The notes under the pieces were generated by a model, which was not told where the DNA came from, made no database searches, and was given only the letters and a program-made list of their open reading frames with translations. This document shows, one piece after another, positions 1 to 10,457 of a stretch of 64,000 nt of DNA (within the stretch, counting starts at the first letter, position 1; each line of letters begins with the position of its first letter). The stretch is from an uncultured candidate division Zixibacteria bacterium (GTDB lineage Bacteria > Zixibacteria > MSB-5A5 > SM1-73): positions 25,052 to 89,051 of the forward strand of contig CAIVRH010000023.1 of the NCBI GenBank assembly GCA_903908285.1, written 5' to 3'. Position numbers and translations under genes: made by a program.

Positions 1-1
1 A

Positions 2-505
2 AAGGAAGCTTCGAACCTTTTCAATTATGGACAGAACGTTACTATCACCATAACCTCGACAGAGGATAATTTCAGTCTGACAGCTTCTCGTCACATTCCG
101 GGGAATTTTTATATCAATGATCTTCCCCTGCCTGGTGATACCCTAAATCCTGCAGGGCAAGAAGTTCCTTTCACCTGGAATGTTTCCAGCAATGCCTCTG
201 GCTACTTTTTTAGCGTTATCAGACCGGATACGACACCGGGAGTGGTCGGTTATGCAGCATTAGATATACTTAATGATAAATCGGAAACAATCCCACTGGA
301 TGCTTTTAGAACCAGTCAAGGCACCTTGGTATATGGAAGATACGAAGTTTATGTTATCGCTTACAATCAGACTTTTACGGATTACCAGGGAATGATATTC
401 GAATTACCAGCAGGACTGCCTGGTGATAATTTGGGGAATGCAAATGGAATCATTGGAGCTGGAGTTGTCGCTTCAAAGAAGCGTATCAGCGTAGTTACCC
501 AATAA
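2..505 (+). CDS. Partial (5'-truncated) hypothetical beta-rich protein, possibly a DUF4249-like lipoprotein
   Basis: Frame is open from position 2 to the stop at 505; C-terminal 'DNLGNANGIIGAG' loosely resembles DUF4249 ends. Confidence 0.5.
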   Translation, partial: KEASNLFNYGQNVTITITSTEDNFSLTASRHIPGNFYINDLPLPGDTLNPAGQEVPFTWNVSSNASGYFFSVIRPDTTPGVVGYAALDILNDKSETIPLDAFRTSQGTLVYGRYEVYVIAYNQTFTDYQGMIFELPAGLPGDNLGNANGIIGAGVVASKKRISVVTQ

Positions 506-535
506 TATAGAGCACCAAAATAAGGAGAAAAGAGT

Positions 536-868
536 ATGCCTTTCTGTCCCAACTGCAAGTATGAATACAACAAGGATATCAAAGAGTGTCCGGATTGCGG
601 AGCACCGCTGATAGACAAGCTTCCTGAAGAATCTTTTGAGGATTCGGAATATGTCCCTTTAAGAAGCCTTCCATCCCGGCTTTATGCGGAGATGCTGGCG
701 GAGGCATTAAAAAAAGAGGGGATACCATCCATGATCAAAGGGGATGATGTGGGGATCATGCTGGGAAGCTACAGCACCACTTCTCCGGTGAAGGTTACCA
801 TCTGGGTGCCGGAAGGGGATGTGGATAGATGTGAAGAGATAGCCAACCAGATGCTGGATCATATCTAG
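536..868 (+). CDS. Zinc-ribbon + DUF2007 (putative signal-transducing) protein
   Basis: CPNC...CPDC ribbon, then 'AEMLAEALKKEGIPS...V.IWV.E.D...' pattern; AAGGAG RBS upstream. Confidence 0.8.
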   Translation: MPFCPNCKYEYNKDIKECPDCGAPLIDKLPEESFEDSEYVPLRSLPSRLYAEMLAEALKKEGIPSMIKGDDVGIMLGSYSTTSPVKVTIWVPEGDVDRCEEIANQMLDHI

Positions 869-965
869 GGTCAAGGGTCAAGGGTCCAGGGTCAAGGACC
901 AAGAGCCAAGAACCAAGAACATAGTCCTATTAACTATTACCTTTCACCTAACACCTAACACCTAA
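866..965. repeat. Degenerate heptamer tandem repeats (AGGGTCA/CCAAGAA; ACACCTA)
   Basis: agggtcaagggtcaagggtccagggtcaaggaccaagagccaagaaccaagaac and cacctaacacctaacacctaa are visible between the two paralogs. Confidence 0.8.
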
Positions 966-968
966 ATC

Positions 969-1352
969 ATGCCCTTCTGTCCCAAGTGTCGATACGAATA
1001 CAAACCTGAGATATGGGAATGCCCGGACTGCGGAGTCCGTCTGGTGGAAAAACTGGAGGAAGAAGCACCAGAAGAAGAACTTATCACAGATGAATCAACT
1101 GAAATTAAAGATGAGGAATCTTTTAAGGACACAGATTTTGTCCCTCTGGCAACTTACAGAACCCGCTTATCTTCTGAAATCCTTCAGGAAGCTTTGGAAA
1201 GAGAAGGCATCCATTCGATTATTATTAATAGAGATGACATCGTTCGGGTAACGGACACCCGCTATCCTGTTTTCAAATTGATCATCTGGGTTCAAGACAA
1301 AGATTTTGAGAAAGCAAAAGAAATAGCAAACCATGCGATTGATGATCTCTGA
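969..1352 (+). CDS. Zinc-ribbon + DUF2007 protein, tandem paralog of 536..868
   Basis: MPFCPKC...CPDC; shares 'EESF.D...VPL' and 'EAL..EGI.S' blocks with the upstream ORF. Confidence 0.8.
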   Translation: MPFCPKCRYEYKPEIWECPDCGVRLVEKLEEEAPEEELITDESTEIKDEESFKDTDFVPLATYRTRLSSEILQEALEREGIHSIIINRDDIVRVTDTRYPVFKLIIWVQDKDFEKAKEIANHAIDDL

Positions 1353-1547
1353 TCTTTAAGTCCCCCTCCACTTTGAACCGATTTACCTTCCCCTCGAATA
1401 GGTTTATTTACCGATAAATTAAAATTGATCTTGTGGCAATGGCAGAGCTGGCTCGATTTTTTTTAAGCTATAAGCCAAACCAACATACTGGTAGCTATTT
1501 CCAGAAAATTCTAATTTACTGATATCATCTGTCGATAAATCCATTGT

Positions 1548-3374
1548 ATGGCTTCTATCAAAGAGAAAAATATATCCAAATACGGACCGGATGATGAAAT
1601 TTCCGCCAAGATCGCAGAAATCGAAGTAGATCCGGTAGTTTTGGAATCGGTAAAACGCTTACTCCAGCTACTGAATAACACATTAAAGAGTCTGCAGATA
1701 TACCCCAAAAACAATCCTCTCCCCAAAGAATTTAAGAAGAAACTCTATGTTGGCTTAAATGAATTCCTGGATTCAAACGACGAGCTTAAGCTGGATATCG
1801 AATCCTCTCAGATGATGTTGGACCAAAGGGTGGTATATGAGGACGGTGAGAGAGAAGAGGGGATGTCTTATATCCTGCATAGAGATGGGATAAGAGAACT
1901 GGTTTTCCTCAAAGGGTTGGATCCAGGGGAGATCGACGATTTTATCGAAGTAATGGAAAGCGGACTGGGTTCCAAGGAGTTGGAAGAGGATTTGGTGACC
2001 CTGTTATGGGAAAAAGACTTTAACCACATCAAATATCTGGTGGTGGATGATCTTTTGGATGTACAAGTTCCTACGGCAGAAGAGATCCCGGATAGTTGGG
2101 ATTTCCACCGGCTTTTTTCTTCGGAGATAGCACCGGTTAAACAAGAAATCGCAGTGGATTTAGATCCAACTGCTTTGACCCAGCAGGAACAGACCAAAGA
2201 GCTTTTGAAGAAACTAAAAGAGTACTCACCCGAGGAGATCGAAAATATCCAAAAGCTATTGGAATTGGATGAAGGATATCAATATTTAGATGAGTTTTTC
2301 GACATATTAACCGAAATTTGGATGGTTGAGCCGGATTTTTCCGAGTTTGACTTGACCATGGAGGCGGTGGAGAAGATCATCGATGTAATCATCACCATAG
2401 CCGATTTCTCATCTGCCTCAAAAATTATGGGAAGACTTAGGAAATTGGAGGAAATGATGCGCAAATCATCTTCTCCCTCCGATTCCTTACAAGCGAAAAA
2501 GGCGGAAAGAACCAGGCAGGTGATCGATAGGGCGGGGGATGAGGAGAGGATAAAGAAAATTTCCCAAATCCTAAACGAGAAGGAAAACATAGACTTGCTC
2601 TCGGTAAAGGAATATCTGTTTACCTTGAACTGGAACTCCATTCCTTTCATCCTGCATATGCTCCGAGAGCTCAAAGAATTTCTAGCCCGGAAGATGGTGT
2701 GCGATATATTGGTGGCGAAAGGGAAAGATAAGCTGGAGATCGTAAAAGACGGGTTATCGGATGGGCGGTGGTATGTGACGCGAAACGTGATCTGGATTAT
2801 CGGAGGAATCGGTGCAGCCGAGGGAGTGAAGTTCCTTAAACCACTTGTTCGTCACCCGGATCTGAGAATAAGAAAGGAAATCATCACCTCCCTGATAAAA
2901 ATCCCGGGACCTGAAGCAGGAGCTCTATTAGTCTTACTTTTGGAGGATGAAGATAAAAGGATACGAAGTTTAGCCTGTTTAGGCTTGACTAAGAGGAAAG
3001 AGAGGGGAGCTTTACCTGCATTAATGGCAATTTTAAAGGATGAGGAGTTCAGAGACAAATCCCCCGACGAAAAAAAATATATGATTGAGTCTTACGCTTC
3101 CATCGGCAGAGATGAAGCTATCCCGCTTTTGGTCAATATGATTAACCGGCGGAGCTGGCTGAAAAGAGACAAGCACAACGAAACCCGGATTTTTGCCATC
3201 GGAGCTTTGGGTTTAATCGACTCCATTAAAGCAAAAGAAGCTTTACTTCTTCTCCATAAAAAGAGGAACAAGGTTTTAAGAAATGCTTGTGAAGAAAACT
3301 TGCGGAGATTGGAATTGCGTCAAGCCAGAGGGGGGGATGGCCGCTCCCGACGGGAAAGCGTTATTTCCGAATGA
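1548..3374 (+). CDS. HEAT-repeat protein
   Basis: C-terminal HEAT/PBS-lyase-like repeats ('DGRWYVTRNV..IIG.IG', 'HPDLRIRKEII.SL', 'DEDKRIRSLA'); overlaps the HD-GYP gene. Confidence 0.8.
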   Translation: MASIKEKNISKYGPDDEISAKIAEIEVDPVVLESVKRLLQLLNNTLKSLQIYPKNNPLPKEFKKKLYVGLNEFLDSNDELKLDIESSQMMLDQRVVYEDGEREEGMSYILHRDGIRELVFLKGLDPGEIDDFIEVMESGLGSKELEEDLVTLLWEKDFNHIKYLVVDDLLDVQVPTAEEIPDSWDFHRLFSSEIAPVKQEIAVDLDPTALTQQEQTKELLKKLKEYSPEEIENIQKLLELDEGYQYLDEFFDILTEIWMVEPDFSEFDLTMEAVEKIIDVIITIADFSSASKIMGRLRKLEEMMRKSSSPSDSLQAKKAERTRQVIDRAGDEERIKKISQILNEKENIDLLSVKEYLFTLNWNSIPFILHMLRELKEFLARKMVCDILVAKGKDKLEIVKDGLSDGRWYVTRNVIWIIGGIGAAEGVKFLKPLVRHPDLRIRKEIITSLIKIPGPEAGALLVLLLEDEDKRIRSLACLGLTKRKERGALPALMAILKDEEFRDKSPDEKKYMIESYASIGRDEAIPLLVNMINRRSWLKRDKHNETRIFAIGALGLIDSIKAKEALLLLHKKRNKVLRNACEENLRRLELRQARGGDGRSRRESVISE

Positions 3375-4869
3375 AGGAGATCATTTGACTTTGCCCAGTC
3401 CAACCGTAACCAAAGAGAGAAGCACGCCGGGGGAGCGGAAAATTACCCCCAAGCCAAAGCCTTACCTTCAGGAACAGGGGAAAAGCCTGATCAATCAGCT
3501 TTCTATCTCCATCCGAATTGCTCAGATATATGACCGGGAAAACTCGGTTTTTCTAAAGCAAATGGAGAATCTGTTTAATTTGGTTTCCTCTTTGCTGGAA
3601 AAGGAGCAGGTGCTAAATATAAATTCGAAACAGGGCTATTTGTTCGTGAATGAAGCCAGATTGAAATTCAGTTTGGATGGATATGTGGCCAGCAAGTTCA
3701 TTATGGAAACTTTCAGAAAATTCGGATTTGAAAGCTTGCTTATCGATACCCCGGTTAGCCAGCAGGAGATAGATGAGTTTATCTTCATTTTGGCGCAGGC
3801 AAATGCGGAGGGGGAAGATCCTTTTGAAAGATTGCAAAATAAACTCCTCTCTTCCAACCTCCAGCATATTCGCATAGAAAAGTTCGCTTCCGACTGGGAG
3901 ATGGGGGATGATTCCTCGCCGGAGAATCAAAAAAAACAGGCCAAGAGAAGATTTTTTAAAACCATCTCTGTGGCGCAAGAGATGGTGGAGTCGGTCAAAA
4001 CCGGACGAAGCATAAATACCACCAAAAGCAAGAGAGCCATACAGTTTTTAATCGACCAGCTGATCAAGAATGAAACCAATTTAATGAGCTTGACCGCCAT
4101 CAAAAATTTCGACGAGTATACATTTGCCCATTCGGTCAACGTCTGTATCCTGTCCGTCTCCCTGGGTGCCCGACTGGGACTTTCCAAGGGGAAATTGAGC
4201 GAGTTGGGATTTGCGGCACTGTTCCACGACATCGGAAAGGTGAGACTGCCTTTGAATATACTTAACAAACCGGGAGAACTGAATGAGGAAGAATGGATGG
4301 AGGTAAGAAAACATCCGGTATTCGGTGTCAAAACCCTCCTTTCCAAGCGAAGCATAGACCGCTTTTCCACTAGAGCCATGGTGGTCTCTTTTGAGCATCA
4401 TCTGAAACCGGATCTTTCGGGTTATCCCCCGCTCAGTTTCAAAAAAGGAATAAATATGTGCAGTCGCATAGTCACTATAGCAGATGTATACGACTCCATG
4501 ACCTCAGGGCGGGTTTATACCAAGACGCCGATGATCCCGGATGAGGCCTTAAGAAAGATGCTGCAGGAAGAGGGAAAAGCTTATGATCCGGTGCTTTTGA
4601 AAGTTTTCATAAATATGCTGGGAATCTACCCGGTCGGCTCGGTGGTAATCCTGGATACGGGTGAAGTGGGGGTGGTGATGAAGGCGAACCCGGTGGAGCT
4701 TTCCCGTCCAGAGGTGGCGATCATCGCAGATAGTACCGGGAAAAAGGAAAAAATCGATACGGTGGATTTAACCAAAACCGATGAAGCTACCGGAAAATAT
4801 ACCAGAGCCATATTGAAGACCATCGATCCACGGCAATATGATCTGGATATCGCCCGGTATATTTATTAA
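3337..4869 (+). CDS. HD-GYP domain c-di-GMP phosphodiesterase
   Basis: YTFAHSVNV, FHDIGK, KHP, EHH...SGYP, IADVYDSMTSGRVY motifs; start set at ATG 3337 after a G-rich RBS. Confidence 0.9.
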   Translation: MAAPDGKALFPNEGDHLTLPSPTVTKERSTPGERKITPKPKPYLQEQGKSLINQLSISIRIAQIYDRENSVFLKQMENLFNLVSSLLEKEQVLNINSKQGYLFVNEARLKFSLDGYVASKFIMETFRKFGFESLLIDTPVSQQEIDEFIFILAQANAEGEDPFERLQNKLLSSNLQHIRIEKFASDWEMGDDSSPENQKKQAKRRFFKTISVAQEMVESVKTGRSINTTKSKRAIQFLIDQLIKNETNLMSLTAIKNFDEYTFAHSVNVCILSVSLGARLGLSKGKLSELGFAALFHDIGKVRLPLNILNKPGELNEEEWMEVRKHPVFGVKTLLSKRSIDRFSTRAMVVSFEHHLKPDLSGYPPLSFKKGINMCSRIVTIADVYDSMTSGRVYTKTPMIPDEALRKMLQEEGKAYDPVLLKVFINMLGIYPVGSVVILDTGEVGVVMKANPVELSRPEVAIIADSTGKKEKIDTVDLTKTDEATGKYTRAILKTIDPRQYDLDIARYIY

Positions 4870-4916
4870 AGCAAAGAGTTAAGAGTATAGAGTCCTGAGT
4901 TGAGAGAGAAGGTTTT

Positions 4917-5456
4917 TCAAATCGGGAGTTTGAGCACAATCCTCATAGTAATCCCACCATTAGCTTCAGGAATCAGACTAATAGACAAATCCCTCACCTT
5001 TTCCTGGTCGAAATGATACAGCTGGGCATCCACGTAGGCATCGAACATGCTCAGGAAAACCACTCCGGCAGTGATCCACAAGAAAAGATTTCTTCTGTCT
5101 TCATAGAATCTGTATTGATCGAATTCCCAATAGCGGTCCGGGTAGCTGGGATTTTGGAAATTCTTTTTATGCGGGCTCATCCGGCTCCAATCTACAGCCG
5201 CCAAGGTGATGAAAGTTGCCTCCGTCCCAAACACCACTATCCCCTTAAGATACTTCCGGTTGTAGAATTGGCCTCCCCCAGGAAAAACCACGGATCTTAG
5301 AAGCGCCCCGGTGGGAGATTTTCCTTTCATCAAAGTATCCGGCTCGGAAACCTTCGCTTTAGTCGAATCCTGGCTGGTTTGACCAAAGCTGTGATTATTT
5401 GGAAGAAATACTAACCAGCAAAAACTTAAGAACAAAAAAGTCAGATACTTCATCAT
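4917..5456 (-). CDS. DUF5683-type membrane protein
   Basis: Signal peptide; 'KSPTGALLRSVVFPGGGQFYN..Y.KG' and 'DAYVDAQL' motifs. Confidence 0.75.
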   Translation of the reverse strand: MMKYLTFLFLSFCWLVFLPNNHSFGQTSQDSTKAKVSEPDTLMKGKSPTGALLRSVVFPGGGQFYNRKYLKGIVVFGTEATFITLAAVDWSRMSPHKKNFQNPSYPDRYWEFDQYRFYEDRRNLFLWITAGVVFLSMFDAYVDAQLYHFDQEKVRDLSISLIPEANGGITMRIVLKLPI

Positions 5457-5778
5457 ACCTCTAAGTCCACGAGCACTAAAGTTATTCCCAATAAAGCATC
5501 AACCAAGATAAAAATAGATGCAGGAGAACACAACAATTTTCTTGAATTTATAATTCCACTGATTAATATTGGTATGATGATGCAAAATTTAAACTCAGAG
5601 ATTGTCAGTCCATTAAATACCTGGGTACTTTGGGTAGATTGTCCATTCGGATTCGTTGGGTTATCATCTTTAGAAAAATGACAAGAATGGGTTCGTCTCT
5701 TTTAGCTATAAACAACGGATGATAACATTCACTTTGAGCAAGTAATCGAGAAATAGAACTGATTTACAATTCTTTCAA

Positions 5779-7299
5779 ATGAGCAAAAACATATCCCTGG
5801 TGCAATCGAACGGTAAAGGCGATTCTCACTTCAGAGAATATGTGTTTATCGTTTGTGCCGGGCTTTTAGTTTTTTCACCTAGCTTATTTAACTTCTTCAA
5901 CTCGGATGACTTCGCGTGGATAAGTCGCGGGGCTAATCTATCTTTGAAGGATTTGCTGCATAATGCCGAAAGCGTAAGCTATAATAGATTTCGTCCATTG
6001 GTTCCAGTTTTTTTCGCCATTTTATACCGATTATTCGGATTGTCTCCCTGGGGATATCATTTCTGCAGTATAACACTACATGTATTCAATGCTCTGCTAT
6101 TCTATCGCTTAGTTTTACATCTCTTTCTTAACAAAGAGATCGCTTTTCTATCCGCTGTAATATTTGTCACCCATTTTGCTCATGAGGAAACGGTTTTCTG
6201 GATATCCAGCAATTGTATCCTATGTTGCTGGTTTTTTTCCCTGTCATCTCTTTTAGGCTTTATAAAATGGTTAAAAAGCGGAAATAGCTGGTTTTATTTT
6301 CTATCCCTGGGTTTGGTCACCATGGCATTCTTTTTCAGGGAGGACGCATTGATTTTACCTTTGATTCTCTTACTGATTATTGGATTTAGGTTTTCACGAT
6401 CAAATCGAGAGACTGCCAAGAACTTCAATCGCAGCTCATTGTCAAAGACCATACTAAGTCTGGTACCATATTTCCTCTTGATACCTATCTATCTGTATCT
6501 GAGAAGAATTTGCTTCCCACATCTTCAATTTATTGGGCTTTTGTCTTTTAATCCCATCAATTTATTAAGAAACTCTGTTTATTTCATTCTTAATCTTACA
6601 TTCCCGGTGAGACTAATTTTCGATGTGCTGGGATATCAACATTCTGGAACAATAAATCTCATGGTTAACAGTATCCGCTCTGACTGGATAATGGCCATAG
6701 CCGGTCTATTGGTAGTAGCATTTTCGGTTCTGGTTTTCTGGTTGTGGTTAAAAAAGGGGAGCAGGGTTTTGAAGCAATTGACCATGGTGTTTATTCTTTT
6801 CCTTTCGCCAAGTCTTCTCACCATAGGATATGGGCTCAGATTCACCTATATGCCTCTATTGGGATTCGCCCCGTTGGCAACTTATTTTATACTTTACCTA
6901 GTTAAACAAGCCAATAAAAAGAAACTAATGTTAGGAAGACATTATATGATTATGCTTATACTCGTAATTTTAGTTTTCAATTTCCTTATTTCATTTGAGC
7001 GACAGCAGTGGTGGAGAGAAACAGGAGGTATCTGCCAGAAAACAATAGCCCAAGCGGGAACGGTCTTGTCATCTCTGCCTGAAGGCTCAACCGTCTGCTT
7101 CCAGGATTTGCCCACCCGATTACATGGTGCTTACATTTTCAACAACGGCTTTATTGAGGCTATGAATTTATATTATCCCTCGTATAACCAGGCGATAGCC
7201 ATAGGAGACAGCAGTAGTCCTTGTTTACAGGATAAAGAGGTGGGGAAAAATCAGCATGGATTCAAATATGACAACGGTGGATTTTTTCAGTTATTTTAA
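5779..7299 (+). CDS. Polytopic membrane glycosyltransferase (GT-C/ArnT-PMT-like)
   Basis: N-terminal 'FNSDDF', 'RFRPL', 'GYH..SI.LH..N', 'H..HEETVFWIS', many TM helices; AT-rich. Confidence 0.65.
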   Translation: MSKNISLVQSNGKGDSHFREYVFIVCAGLLVFSPSLFNFFNSDDFAWISRGANLSLKDLLHNAESVSYNRFRPLVPVFFAILYRLFGLSPWGYHFCSITLHVFNALLFYRLVLHLFLNKEIAFLSAVIFVTHFAHEETVFWISSNCILCCWFFSLSSLLGFIKWLKSGNSWFYFLSLGLVTMAFFFREDALILPLILLLIIGFRFSRSNRETAKNFNRSSLSKTILSLVPYFLLIPIYLYLRRICFPHLQFIGLLSFNPINLLRNSVYFILNLTFPVRLIFDVLGYQHSGTINLMVNSIRSDWIMAIAGLLVVAFSVLVFWLWLKKGSRVLKQLTMVFILFLSPSLLTIGYGLRFTYMPLLGFAPLATYFILYLVKQANKKKLMLGRHYMIMLILVILVFNFLISFERQQWWRETGGICQKTIAQAGTVLSSLPEGSTVCFQDLPTRLHGAYIFNNGFIEAMNLYYPSYNQAIAIGDSSSPCLQDKEVGKNQHGFKYDNGGFFQLF

Positions 7300-7403
7300 A
7301 AAGAGAGATATAATTCCAAATCGTAATATTAGATACAATAATCTGAATGAATAACGGCCCGATGAACTGAGCTGCGATTACTAACTGGTATCTGAAATCT
7401 ATT

Positions 7404-8342
7404 ATGAGAGTTAAGGATGTTAAGAGGAGAATAGAAAAAGCAAATACGCTCTTAAAAGAGTGCATAGTCTGTCCCCGCAAGTGCAAGGTTAACCGGCTGA
7501 AGGGGGAGATCGGATTCTGCGGGATAGGTTCAAATCCCCGGGTGGCAAGCTATAATGTCCATCATGGGGAGGAGCCGCCTATTTCCGGGACCAAAGGATC
7601 GGGGACCATATTTTTCTCAGGCTGTAATTTGAGATGCTTGTATTGCCAGAATTTTCCCATCAGTCAGATAAGACATGGAAAGGAGATCGGAACAGAGGAA
7701 TTGGCAGATATGATGCTTTATCTCCAGTCCAAGGGGTGTCATAACATCAACTTCGTAACCCCTTCACACGTAGTTCCCCAAATCATCCAAGCCCTCTCTT
7801 TCGCCTGGGAGAAGGGATTTGAGCTTCCTTTGGTCTACAATACATCCGGATACGACAGTCTCCAATCCCTGCAACTTTTAGATGGGATAATCGATATATA
7901 TCTTCCGGATATGCGGTATTCAGACAACTCTGCCGCAAAACAGCTGTCTGGGGTGGATGACTATGTAGAGGTGAACCGGAGAGCAATAAAAGAGATGTAT
8001 CGGCAGGTGGGGAATCTGGTTGCCGGCGATAACGGCATCGCTCAAAAAGGATTGATCATACGGCATCTGATCTTGCCCAATAATTTAGCGGGAAGCGAAA
8101 AGACTTTCAAATTCATCCGTCAGGAAATTTCCGAGGAAGCTTATTTGAGTCTTTTGGGTCAATATTTCCCCAGCTTTAAAGCAGGGGAATGCGTATTAAT
8201 AGACAGGAAAATTACCCCGGTGGAATATGAATCTGCAGTGGAGAGCTTTTTTGAGTCGGGCTTGAGCCGGGGATGGATGCAGGACAGTTCGGTTTCGCCT
8301 GAAATCCCCAAAGCGAAATCGAAGAGAAGGAACCGGGCATGA
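7404..8342 (+). CDS. Radical SAM protein, PflX-like
   Basis: CIVCPRKC, HHGEEPPISG..GSGTIFFSGCNLRCLYCQN (CxxxCxxC), IDIYLPD. Confidence 0.9.
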   Translation: MRVKDVKRRIEKANTLLKECIVCPRKCKVNRLKGEIGFCGIGSNPRVASYNVHHGEEPPISGTKGSGTIFFSGCNLRCLYCQNFPISQIRHGKEIGTEELADMMLYLQSKGCHNINFVTPSHVVPQIIQALSFAWEKGFELPLVYNTSGYDSLQSLQLLDGIIDIYLPDMRYSDNSAAKQLSGVDDYVEVNRRAIKEMYRQVGNLVAGDNGIAQKGLIIRHLILPNNLAGSEKTFKFIRQEISEEAYLSLLGQYFPSFKAGECVLIDRKITPVEYESAVESFFESGLSRGWMQDSSVSPEIPKAKSKRRNRA

Positions 8343-10435
8343 GTTTAAGCGCTTGGAAGTATAGAATAACTATTTTATGCATATCTTTTCTCCTGTTTGG
8401 ATGTGCTTATTACAATACCCTGTATAATGCTAACAGATACTTCAGGGAGGGGGAGAAAGCTCAAAAAGGCGCTTCGGCGACTAATCGGCAAAGCGCGGGC
8501 AGCGCGCAATATGAGAGTGCCATAAAGAAAGCTTCCAAGGTTTTGACCTTCTATCCCAAAAGCAAATGGGCCGATGACGCTTTGTTTCTTATCGGAAGAG
8601 CCTACTTCAATATGGGGGAAGACGTCAAAGCCAAAAGGAAATTCGAAGAGTTAACTCAAAGCTTCCCTAAAAGTAAATTCATAGATGATTCGAGATATTA
8701 TATCAGTATGTGTCAATACAACTTAGGAGAAGAAGATGAAGCGATAAGCTCTTTGAGCGAGCTTTTGGATTCGAAGAAGACGGACAAAAAAAGAAAAGGT
8801 CAGGCTTCCTTTTGGATCGGCGAGATGCAATTCAAAAAAGAAGAATATGAAGATGCTATAACCAATTATGAGAAAACGTTAAACGAATTTGATCCGGATA
8901 CTCTCTCTGCAGTCACTCAGTTTCGCATCGGAGAATGTTTCTTGGCAAAAAAAGATTATCTTAAAGCGCAGGAGGCTTTTGCCCAGGTGGAGAAGCGTGA
9001 TCCCTCTAAGGATCTTTTGTTCGATTCCAAATTCAAAGTGGGAGAATGTTGTTACTGGTTGAGCGAATATCAGAAAGGTATGGATATATATGTAGCGCTT
9101 TCCCAGGACAAAAAATTCAGCAGCAAGCTTGCCGATGTTAGTTTAAAGATGGCAGAGGGATATAATTTTCTGGACGAATTGTCCCTGGCTATGAGATGGT
9201 ATACCCAGGTTACCGAGACTTATCCCAGAACCGAGGCATCCGCCAATGCTTATTTTCAGTTGGGCAGGATATATCAGGAGAAATTCGGAGACTTGGCGGA
9301 AGCCAAAAAGATGTTTGAAACCTGCAAGAGTGAAAATGCAAATTCCCCCATCGCCAAGGAGGCTTTGACCCGGAGTGCCAATATCTCCAAAATCGAGGAA
9401 TATCAAAAGGATTTATCGCAGGAAGATTCGACTAAATCCAGTATCACCTTGTTTCTTTTGGCTGAACTATATCTATTACAGATGAATCAACCCGACTCTG
9501 CACTGGATGAGTATATGACTTTAGTGGAAAAGTTTCCTCAATCCGAATATGCCCCCAAATCCCTTTACGCGGCTGCCTGGATTTGGGAAAATGTTAAAAA
9601 GGACTCCCTTGAAGCAGAGAAGATATATCGCCGAATTTTAAGTGAGTATCCCCAATCGGAATATGGGAAAATAGCACTTAAGTTTTTATCCGAAACCGGA
9701 TCCATAGGATATGCCCAACCCGATTCTTCGGATACTCTCAATCCGGAGAAGATCTACCGGCAGTCGGAAAGGCTTCTGTTTGAGGAAAACGATGTTTATT
9801 CTGCTTTGACTTTATACGATCTGATCATCGAGAAGTTTCCTCGAAGCCCCTATGCAGCAAAATCTCTCTATGCCAAGGCTTGGACCACCGAACATTTTTT
9901 AAACCCTGAAGACAGTTCCGTGATTTTGGCTTATAAAGATGTGATCGACAAGTATCCGGATTCCCAATATGCCCAGGACGCTAAAATTAAATTGGGACTT
10001 GCCCAAAAGGCTCAACCTCCTCCTCCACCACCACCCCAGACTACACCAGCTTTAGCAGACACGGCAGACACCACACAAACAGCTGCGGCTGACACCTCCG
10101 GACCCCTGTTTCCAAAAGCACCAGATCCACCACTCAAAAGGGGTGTGTTTGTGTATCCGGAAGAAGAACGCCTTTCCGGCATAAAGGGAACGGTGGTGCT
10201 GAAGATTCAGATTGGATTTGACGGGCTGGTGAAAGAAGCCGAGGTGGTTAATTCGTTAGGGAATCTGTGGATAGATGAAGCGGCTAAGAAGGCAGCTTTG
10301 AACACCACCTTTGATACTCAAAAGATGGACCCAACCGCATTGGGGGGGTGGTTTCTATATCCGGTAGAGGTTAAATCGCCTGATGAACAACCAGCGGACC
10401 ATAACGCTGATCCAACCCAACAACAGGGACAGTGA
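8339..10435 (+). CDS. Lipoprotein with BamD/CpoB-like TPR repeats, Pro/Thr linker and C-terminal TonB-like domain
   Basis: Lipobox LLFGC; repeated 'YP.S.Y A..AL' TPRs; PPPPPPP linker; 'YPEE.R..GI.GTV.L...IG.DG.V..AEV.S....DEAA..A' TonB_C pattern. Confidence 0.8.
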   Translation: MSLSAWKYRITILCISFLLFGCAYYNTLYNANRYFREGEKAQKGASATNRQSAGSAQYESAIKKASKVLTFYPKSKWADDALFLIGRAYFNMGEDVKAKRKFEELTQSFPKSKFIDDSRYYISMCQYNLGEEDEAISSLSELLDSKKTDKKRKGQASFWIGEMQFKKEEYEDAITNYEKTLNEFDPDTLSAVTQFRIGECFLAKKDYLKAQEAFAQVEKRDPSKDLLFDSKFKVGECCYWLSEYQKGMDIYVALSQDKKFSSKLADVSLKMAEGYNFLDELSLAMRWYTQVTETYPRTEASANAYFQLGRIYQEKFGDLAEAKKMFETCKSENANSPIAKEALTRSANISKIEEYQKDLSQEDSTKSSITLFLLAELYLLQMNQPDSALDEYMTLVEKFPQSEYAPKSLYAAAWIWENVKKDSLEAEKIYRRILSEYPQSEYGKIALKFLSETGSIGYAQPDSSDTLNPEKIYRQSERLLFEENDVYSALTLYDLIIEKFPRSPYAAKSLYAKAWTTEHFLNPEDSSVILAYKDVIDKYPDSQYAQDAKIKLGLAQKAQPPPPPPPQTTPALADTADTTQTAAADTSGPLFPKAPDPPLKRGVFVYPEEERLSGIKGTVVLKIQIGFDGLVKEAEVVNSLGNLWIDEAAKKAALNTTFDTQKMDPTALGGWFLYPVEVKSPDEQPADHNADPTQQQGQ

Positions 10436-10457
10436 ACCACCTTTGGCTAATAGATAT

